Assembly (NCBI RefSeq): GCF_002310835.1
Contig: NZ_CP011042.1
Coordinates: 60,001-92,000, forward strand
DNA from: Pseudoalteromonas tetraodonis
Lineage (GTDB): Bacteria; Pseudomonadota; Gammaproteobacteria; Enterobacterales; Alteromonadaceae
Direction: 5' to 3'
DNA length: 32,000 nt
Shown: positions 26,402-32,000 of the stretch, piece after piece
How positions within the stretch are numbered: the stretch's first letter is position 1
Layout: every line of letters starts with the position of its first letter
Position numbers and translations under genes: made by a program
The notes under the pieces: model-generated
The model's input: the letters and a program-made list of their open reading frames with translations, nothing else
What the model was told of the DNA's origin: nothing
The model's database searches: none

Positions 26402-27876
26402 GTATGTTAAATAGCTTAAATGACTTAGCGACTCAGCCGGCGGTAGTTGCGCATTTTGCGAATCAAACACAACAGTTCACAGGTGCTGAGCTGCTTCAAG
26501 AAATAAATAAAGTAGCGGAAATTTTTGCAAATTCAGATGCTGATGCAATTGCATTTCAACTTGATAACACACCTGCTTGGTTGGTACTTGATGCTGCGAC
26601 CAGCGTTGCTAATAAAGTGGCTATACCGATCGCCCATTTTTTTAGTCAACAACAAACGCAATATGTGTTGGCACAGTGTGGTGCACAGCTGTTTATAAGT
26701 GATATGCCAAGGCTTTCTTTGGGTGCGCATACATTGTCTATTACTTTGTTTGATCATTACACCTTATATATTTATCAGCTCAACGTTAAAGAATCGATTA
26801 GTTACTTTGAGGGCACGCAAAAAATCACCTTCACGTCAGGCTCTACAGGCGAGCCAAAAGGGGTGTGTTTATCAACTCATAGCCAAATGCAAGTTGCACA
26901 ATCGTTATGTGAGCAAATAGGTATAAGTAAACCAACTCACTTATGTTTACTGCCATTACCTGTATTACTGGAAAATATTGCAGGTATTTATGCACCATTA
27001 TTAAGTGGCGGTTGTGTACATTTAATGCCGTTAAACGAATTGGGTTTTGTTGGCTCAGGGTTAAAAAATCCTGAAAAACTTATTAGTGCAATTGACAGTG
27101 TAAAACCTAACACCCTTATTTTAGTGCCTGAGTTATTAACGTGTTTAATTGCGTTTGCAAAACAAGGTTGGCAGCCGCCAAAGTCATTACAGTTTATTGC
27201 AGTTGGCGGAGCGCTCGTGAGTGATGCTTTAATTGCCACCGCCAGAGAGCTTAATTTACCTGTTTATCAGGGGTATGGATTATCAGAGGCGGCATCTGTC
27301 GTAAGTTTAAATACGCCCAAAAATGATGATTTAAAGAGTGCCGGCACTGTACTGCCGCACATACAAACCAAAATCGAAAAAGGCCAGTTGTACATAAAGG
27401 GTGAGCTATTTTTAGGGTATTTAAATCAAGCGCCGCATAACCCAAATAACTGGTATGCAACAGGCGATTTAGTGACCCAGCATGGCAATAAGCTCTATAT
27501 AAAAGGGCGACTTAAAAATCTGATTATTACCAGCATGGGCCGTAATGTCAGTGCTGAATGGCCTGAGTCATTAATATTGAGCCAAAGCGCGATTATACAA
27601 GCCGTTGTTTTTGGTGAGGGCAGACCTTTTTTAACCGCGATTATTTATGCAATCCCTGAGTTGAGTGATCAACAACTCAGTGAGCATATGAAATTTATAA
27701 ATCAACAGTTACCCGATTATGCACAAGTTAAAAAGTGGCATCGGTTAGCTCAGCCTTTAAGTGTTCAGCAAGGGTTACTAACGACCAATAATCGTCCTAA
27801 GCGCCAGGCTATTAGCCAGCAATTTAACCTTATTTTTGAACAATTTTACCGACTTGGAGAAGTGATCCATGACTGA
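26398..27876 (+). CDS. adenylate-forming enzyme (AMP-binding / acyl-CoA-ligase superfamily)
   Basis: 492 aa. Core motifs are 'TFTSGSTGEPKGV', 'QGYGLSEA', 'YATGDL' and 'GRLKNLIITSMGRNV'. The start overlaps the upstream stop (ATGA at 26398-26401). Confidence 0.9.
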   Translation: MSMLNSLNDLATQPAVVAHFANQTQQFTGAELLQEINKVAEIFANSDADAIAFQLDNTPAWLVLDAATSVANKVAIPIAHFFSQQQTQYVLAQCGAQLFISDMPRLSLGAHTLSITLFDHYTLYIYQLNVKESISYFEGTQKITFTSGSTGEPKGVCLSTHSQMQVAQSLCEQIGISKPTHLCLLPLPVLLENIAGIYAPLLSGGCVHLMPLNELGFVGSGLKNPEKLISAIDSVKPNTLILVPELLTCLIAFAKQGWQPPKSLQFIAVGGALVSDALIATARELNLPVYQGYGLSEAASVVSLNTPKNDDLKSAGTVLPHIQTKIEKGQLYIKGELFLGYLNQAPHNPNNWYATGDLVTQHGNKLYIKGRLKNLIITSMGRNVSAEWPESLILSQSAIIQAVVFGEGRPFLTAIIYAIPELSDQQLSEHMKFINQQLPDYAQVKKWHRLAQPLSVQQGLLTTNNRPKRQAISQQFNLIFEQFYRLGEVIHD

Positions 27877-28558
27877 TTTTTTTAATACATTAAAAGCACA
27901 AACTCAAAACGAGCGTGAGTACTTATTAGCTGCGCCAATTATACAGCGCGTTTTTAAAGGCCAAGCATCACTTGAAGAGTATGCGTCATTTTTAGCGCAA
28001 GCCTATCATCATGTAAAACACACTGTGCCATTAATGATGTCGTTAGGTGCCCGTTTAACCGACGAACAAGAATGGTTACGTGAAGCCGTAGCCGAATACA
28101 TTGAAGAGGAAATTGGCCATCAAGAATGGGTGCTTAACGATATTGCCGCGTGTGGTTTTGATAAAGAAAGCGTGCGCCATAGTAAGCCACAATTTGCTAC
28201 CGAAATGATGGTCTCGTATGCCTATGACAGTATCGCTCGTAAAAATCCATTAAGCTTTTTTGGCATGGTTCATGTACTCGAAGGGACTTCAATTGCACTG
28301 GCTGATGGCGCAGCTTCAAATATTGCTGATGCAGTTGGTTTACCTAAAAAAGCATTTAGCTATTTAACCTCTCATGGTGCGCTTGATATAGAGCACGTAA
28401 AGTTTTTTGAAAACTTGATGAACAAAATTACTAATGAGACCGATCAGCAAGCTATTTTACATGGCGCAAAATGTTTTTATCGTTTGTACGGTGATATTTT
28501 CCGCGCTTTAGATGACGAGCCGTTCTTTAAAGCATCAGCGCAAGAGCAACACGCATGA
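27869..28558 (+). CDS. heme-oxygenase-like diiron oxidase/oxygenase (HDO) superfamily protein ('iron-containing redox enzyme family')
   Basis: 229 aa and predicted all-helical. Candidate metal ligands are E81-x2-H84 (28109-28120), E138 (28280-28282) and H169-x3-D173-x2-H176 (28373-28396). The start lies inside the last 8 nt of the ligase gene. Confidence 0.75.
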   Translation: MTDFFNTLKAQTQNEREYLLAAPIIQRVFKGQASLEEYASFLAQAYHHVKHTVPLMMSLGARLTDEQEWLREAVAEYIEEEIGHQEWVLNDIAACGFDKESVRHSKPQFATEMMVSYAYDSIARKNPLSFFGMVHVLEGTSIALADGAASNIADAVGLPKKAFSYLTSHGALDIEHVKFFENLMNKITNETDQQAILHGAKCFYRLYGDIFRALDDEPFFKASAQEQHA

Positions 28559-29325
28559 ATACCGGCTTATGTGTTTTAACAGGAGCCACAGGGGGAATTG
28601 GCCAAGCGATTGCCAAAACACTGCACGCACAAGGTTGGCAATTACTATTAGTAGGGCGTAATGGCGATGCGCTAAATGCGCTAAGTAGCCAGTGCCCAGG
28701 TAGTATGACTTTTGTGGGAGATTTAACCGTTGCAGAAAACATGCTGGCATTGGCAATTAAAGCCAAAAAATTGGGCGGTGCTAAATTACTTATAAACAAT
28801 GCAGGCATTAATGTTATGCAAAGCTTAAGTAGTTGTAGTAGTGAACAAATTGATAATCTACTGAGCACTAATTTAGCCGTCCCGATGAAACTATGCCAAC
28901 TGTTTTTAGAGCAGCTGCAAGCGAATAGAGGCACCATAGTTAATGTTGGGTCGTCTTTTGGCAGCATAGGTTACCCATATCAAACACTTTATTGTGCCAG
29001 TAAATTTGGTTTGCGTGGTTTTAGCGAAGCGTTATCACGAGAGCTTTCAGACACTGGCGTTAGAGTTACTTATTTGGCACCTAGAGCAACTGATACCGAC
29101 ATTAATGATGCTCAAACGCGGGCAATGAACAAAGCGCTTGGTAATCAAATGGACTCTCCGCAGTTGGTGGCTGATGAGTTAGTTGCGTTATTAAACTCAA
29201 ATAAAACCAGACGATTTATTGGTTTTCCTGAGAAACTTTTTGCACGTATCAATGGCGTTTTTCCACGTATTGTAGATAACGCAATTGCTAAACAACTCCC
29301 TAAAATAAAAAGCTTTTTAGGTTAG
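28555..29325 (+). CDS. short-chain dehydrogenase/reductase (classical SDR)
   Basis: 256 aa. Cofactor motif 'TGATGGIGQAI', 'NNAG', and catalytic 'S..YCASK' (YxxxK). There is an ATGA overlap with the upstream gene. Confidence 0.9.
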   Translation: MNTGLCVLTGATGGIGQAIAKTLHAQGWQLLLVGRNGDALNALSSQCPGSMTFVGDLTVAENMLALAIKAKKLGGAKLLINNAGINVMQSLSSCSSEQIDNLLSTNLAVPMKLCQLFLEQLQANRGTIVNVGSSFGSIGYPYQTLYCASKFGLRGFSEALSRELSDTGVRVTYLAPRATDTDINDAQTRAMNKALGNQMDSPQLVADELVALLNSNKTRRFIGFPEKLFARINGVFPRIVDNAIAKQLPKIKSFLG

Positions 29326-29353
29326 TTGTTCACTAAATAATAGAGGATTTATT

Positions 29354-30001
29354 ATGAAAAAATTTACTTTAGCAGCTTATTTAAGCATTGTTAGTGTGTT
29401 TTCATCGCCGGTATTTGCAGACGAACAAAGCGACTTACTCGCTATTCAACAGCAGTGGGCGGTCGCTAATTATGAGCTTAAGGATGACGCACAAATCAAA
29501 GCCTTTACTCAACTGAGTGAGCAAAGTGCTCAATTTATCGAAAACTATCCTAATTCAGCAAATAGCTATACATGGAACGGCATTGTGCTGGCAAGTTTTG
29601 CGGGTGCAAAAGGCGGCTTAGGGGCGTTGGGTTATGCCAAAGATGCAAAGGCATCATTAGAGCAAGCCCTTAAAATAGACGACAGTGCTTTAGGTGGCTC
29701 AGCGTATGCTAGCCTTGCAACCTTATACAGTAAAGTACCAGGGTGGCCAATTGGCTTTGGTGATGATGACACCGCCGATAAGTTTTTTAAGCAAGCACTC
29801 GCTTTTAATCAAAAAGGCATTGATACTAATTACTTGTATGGTGAGTTTTTATACGACGAACGTGAATATAAGCAAGCCAAAGCCCATTTGTTAGTTGCAC
29901 AAGCGGCCGGTATTCGTGATACTCGCGCTAAAGCGGACAAATATCGTCAGCAAGCAATTAGCCAATTATTAGCTAAAGTTGATAAAAAACTAAAGAGATA
30001 A
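29354..30001 (+). CDS. secreted/periplasmic helical-repeat (TPR-like) protein
   Basis: 215 aa. Signal peptide 'MKKFTLAAYLSIVSVFSSPVFA'. The remainder is Ala/Leu/Lys-rich with TPR-like 'A..Y..AL..D' periodicity. An AGAGGA RBS lies 6 nt upstream. The family assignment is tentative. Confidence 0.6.
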   Translation: MKKFTLAAYLSIVSVFSSPVFADEQSDLLAIQQQWAVANYELKDDAQIKAFTQLSEQSAQFIENYPNSANSYTWNGIVLASFAGAKGGLGALGYAKDAKASLEQALKIDDSALGGSAYASLATLYSKVPGWPIGFGDDDTADKFFKQALAFNQKGIDTNYLYGEFLYDEREYKQAKAHLLVAQAAGIRDTRAKADKYRQQAISQLLAKVDKKLKR

Positions 30002-30012
30002 CAAAACAAACA

Positions 30013-30672
30013 ATGCATTTATTATTAGTTGAAGATGATCATCTTGTGGCGCAAGGGCTTTGCCGCTCGTTGCGCCAAGAAGGCTACAGTGTAGAACACA
30101 GCGCAACGGTTAAGCATGCGTTGCAATGTTTAGGCAGTGGCGAAATAGAGTTGGTTATACTTGACCTAGGCTTACCTGATGGTGATGGTTCGCAAATTTT
30201 AAAGCACATAAAAGCACAAAAAAAAGTCATTCCGGTGGTGATACTAACCGCTCGCAGTAGCATAGATGACAAAGTGCAAGGGCTTGATATGGGGGCTGAT
30301 GATTATTTAGCTAAGCCATTTGAACCAGCCGAATTATTTGCTCGTTTGCGCGTAGCGAGCCGACGTGTAAATCAAGCTCAGTCGAGTTTATTACAATGTG
30401 GTGATGTTACTATGGATACGTCAGCGCACAGTGTCACACTTAACGATGAGCTACTTTCTCTGCCGCGAAAAGAGTACATGCTGCTAAAAGCGTTACTGGA
30501 AAACCAAGGTCGCGTGCAATCTAAGCAGCAGTTAGAAAATAAACTCTATCAATGGGGTGAAGAGGTTGGCTCTAACACCATTGAGGTGCATATTCATCAC
30601 CTACGAAAAAAATTCCCCAGCGATTTTATTAAAACTCTCCGTGGTATTGGCTATGTTGTGGGAAAGAGATAG
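30013..30672 (+). CDS. OmpR/PhoB-class response regulator, BasR/PmrA/QseB-like
   Basis: 219 aa. 'LLVEDD', 'LVILDLGLPDGDG' (phospho-acceptor Asp), 'ILTAR', 'GADDYLAKPF', and a winged-helix C-domain 'TIEVHIHHLRKK...TLRGIGYVV' that closely parallels E. coli BasR. It starts 11 nt after the preceding stop. Confidence 0.9.
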   Translation: MHLLLVEDDHLVAQGLCRSLRQEGYSVEHSATVKHALQCLGSGEIELVILDLGLPDGDGSQILKHIKAQKKVIPVVILTARSSIDDKVQGLDMGADDYLAKPFEPAELFARLRVASRRVNQAQSSLLQCGDVTMDTSAHSVTLNDELLSLPRKEYMLLKALLENQGRVQSKQQLENKLYQWGEEVGSNTIEVHIHHLRKKFPSDFIKTLRGIGYVVGKR

Positions 30673-30735
30673 CTCACGTGATTAAAACGCCCCCTAGATT
30701 GCACAAACTTGAATTTACAAAGGTAACCATGCTCT

Positions 30736-32000
30736 ATGTCAATTCGTAAGCGTTTAACACTTATCTTACTGTCAATGATGGTGTTAACCTGCTTTTTAGC
30801 TTTAGTAAAAGGCTATCAAAAAAGTATGAGCCATGGTGAGCAATTACTCGATAGTGAGCTAAAAGTGGTGGCTGGAGTCTTGATGCAACAGCCTCTATCT
30901 ATTAACGCTATGGCGCCAAAAATGCAAGAAAGCGCCCAGTTACTGTATCAAATTTGGCAAAGTGGTGAGCTACTTAGCGGTTCTGACGAATTAAATCTTG
31001 ATTTGAGCCAATATCAAGCGGGTTTTCAAACGCTTAATATTGCAGGGCAGCGAATGCGGGTATTCGTTTTTGCTACTTCTTTACGCACTGTTATTGTTGC
31101 CGAGCCGATTGCTAAGCGGTTTGAGCTTGCCGAGGCGGTGATTTTATCAGCCATGTTACCCATGTTATGGGCGGTTCCTTTGCTTGCGCTATTTATTAGC
31201 TTTTTTGTTAAATATGCACTGGCACCGTTAACCCGTTTATCAAAACAGTTAGCCCTGCGCCAAGCAAATGATTTCACAGCGATCAATTGGCAGGTGACGG
31301 ATGAAGAAATAAAACCAGTGATCAGCCGCTTAAACGACTTATTTAAACGCGTAGAAACGGCCTATTTACGAGAACGTTTTTTTGCCTCAGATGCCGCCCA
31401 TGAATTACGTACTCCCCTGAGCAGTTTAAAAATTAATGTGCATAATTTGGCCGCCCAACAAGGCGATAACCAAGAATTACAAGCCATGACTCAAGGTATT
31501 AATCGACTCACCAATATAGTGGAGCAAATGCTAATACTAGGGCGTACTCAGCCAGAGCAGTGGCAAAAGCAGTTTAAAGAACAGTCATTATTAGCGATCA
31601 CGCAAGAAGTAGTTAGCCAACTATATGAAAAAATAGAGGCTAAAAATCACACTATTAGCCTTGAGGGAGATGACTTTACTATTAACGGTGATGAGTTTAC
31701 CTTAGTGACGTTGATTTCAAACCTACTGAGTAATGCTATAAAGTACGCGCCTGCAAACGGACAAATAAAAATTACCCTAAAGCAGATGCACAGGCAGCGT
31801 ATTTGGCAAATAGAAGACAGCGGTCCAGGTATGACTGACGATCAAAAACAACGGATATTTAACCGTTTTTATCGCGTTGGCGGTGACCAACATCCTTCGG
31901 GTGAACAAGGTGCGGGCTTAGGCATGGCAATAGTCCAGCACATTATTGCTATTTATAGCGCTGAAATTAATTTAACAGACAGCGATTTGGGCGGCTTAAA
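30736..32000 (+). CDS. sensor histidine kinase (PmrB/QseC-like), 3'-truncated by the window end
   Basis: I translated this frame by hand; it is absent from the ORF track because no stop is reached. TM1 is 'LTLILLSMMVLTCFLALV', followed by a periplasmic domain of about 115 aa and TM2 'AVILSAMLPMLWAVPLLALFISFF'. H-box 'SDAAHELRTPL', N-box 'LISNLLSNAIKY', G-boxes 'EDSGPGM' and 'GAGLGMAIV'. Confidence 0.85.
   Translation, partial: MSIRKRLTLILLSMMVLTCFLALVKGYQKSMSHGEQLLDSELKVVAGVLMQQPLSINAMAPKMQESAQLLYQIWQSGELLSGSDELNLDLSQYQAGFQTLNIAGQRMRVFVFATSLRTVIVAEPIAKRFELAEAVILSAMLPMLWAVPLLALFISFFVKYALAPLTRLSKQLALRQANDFTAINWQVTDEEIKPVISRLNDLFKRVETAYLRERFFASDAAHELRTPLSSLKINVHNLAAQQGDNQELQAMTQGINRLTNIVEQMLILGRTQPEQWQKQFKEQSLLAITQEVVSQLYEKIEAKNHTISLEGDDFTINGDEFTLVTLISNLLSNAIKYAPANGQIKITLKQMHRQRIWQIEDSGPGMTDDQKQRIFNRFYRVGGDQHPSGEQGAGLGMAIVQHIIAIYSAEINLTDSDLGGL

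Noticed and set aside
26533-28967. Track ORFs overlapping the ligase, HDO and SDR genes (26533-26757, 26699-26920, 26988-27239, 27251-27460, 28527-28967, 28535-28756).
   Set aside because: All are embedded in, or antisense to, genes with clear catalytic motifs and have no independent support. The same reasoning applies to 2973-3287, 9909-10223, 11240-11443, 16788-16979, 17703-17930, 20420-20880, 21233-21442, 21823-22005, 22539-22898, 24730-24921, 25252-25542, 29694-29894, 30084-30272 and 31026-31286.
30729-30749. A seven-codon uORF (MLYVNS*) with good RBS spacing that overlaps the histidine-kinase start codon at 30736; a possible leader peptide or coupling device.
   Set aside because: It is too short to evaluate from sequence alone, and the same AAAGG could serve the kinase ATG at 12-nt spacing. 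I noted it only as a caveat on the kinase start.

Overview
Chromosomal segment, about 40% GC, whose proteins look like those of a marine Alteromonadales (Pseudoalteromonas-like) gammaproteobacterium; the taxon is an inference. No integrase, transposase, phage gene, rRNA, tRNA or CRISPR array is visible.

Most of the window is ordinary core metabolism and maintenance:
- a LysE exporter with a divergent Lrp/AsnC regulator
- two tandem CspA-type cold-shock genes
- an sbcD-sbcC-methyltransferase operon
- a secreted M1 metallopeptidase with a coupled small secreted protein
- a HAD hydrolase and a YebC/PmpR-family protein
- divergent glyoxylate-shunt genes (malate synthase G and long-type isocitrate lyase)
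- a secreted S9 peptidase
- a secreted GH3 hexosaminidase coupled to a solo PxpA/LamB homologue
- a Cache-GGDEF diguanylate cyclase

Three regions are not explained by routine annotation:
1. 25.7-32.0 kb holds a tightly coupled five-gene operon. It encodes a 'thermostable hemolysin'-family (probably acyltransferase-fold) protein, an adenylate-forming ligase, a heme-oxygenase-like diiron enzyme with a complete six-residue ligand set, an SDR and a secreted helical-repeat protein. A BasR/PmrA/QseB-like two-component system follows directly, and a perfect YTTAAK-N5-YTTAAK (PmrA-box-like) direct repeat precedes the operon. This is my best candidate for an uncharacterised system, probably lipid or small-molecule tailoring or envelope remodelling.
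2. 13743-14321 is a 579-bp non-coding element bounded by 18-bp perfect inverted repeats with nested, colinear long-range complementarity. It is either MITE-like or a large structured RNA.
3. 18379-19115 is a 737-bp gene-free spacer between convergent genes. It contains about 8 same-orientation copies of a GATTTTWACTAAC-type repeat (a subset carry GATC at 30-31 bp phasing), a (GAGCTTC)7 microsatellite and a G5-loop hairpin motif that recurs elsewhere in the window.
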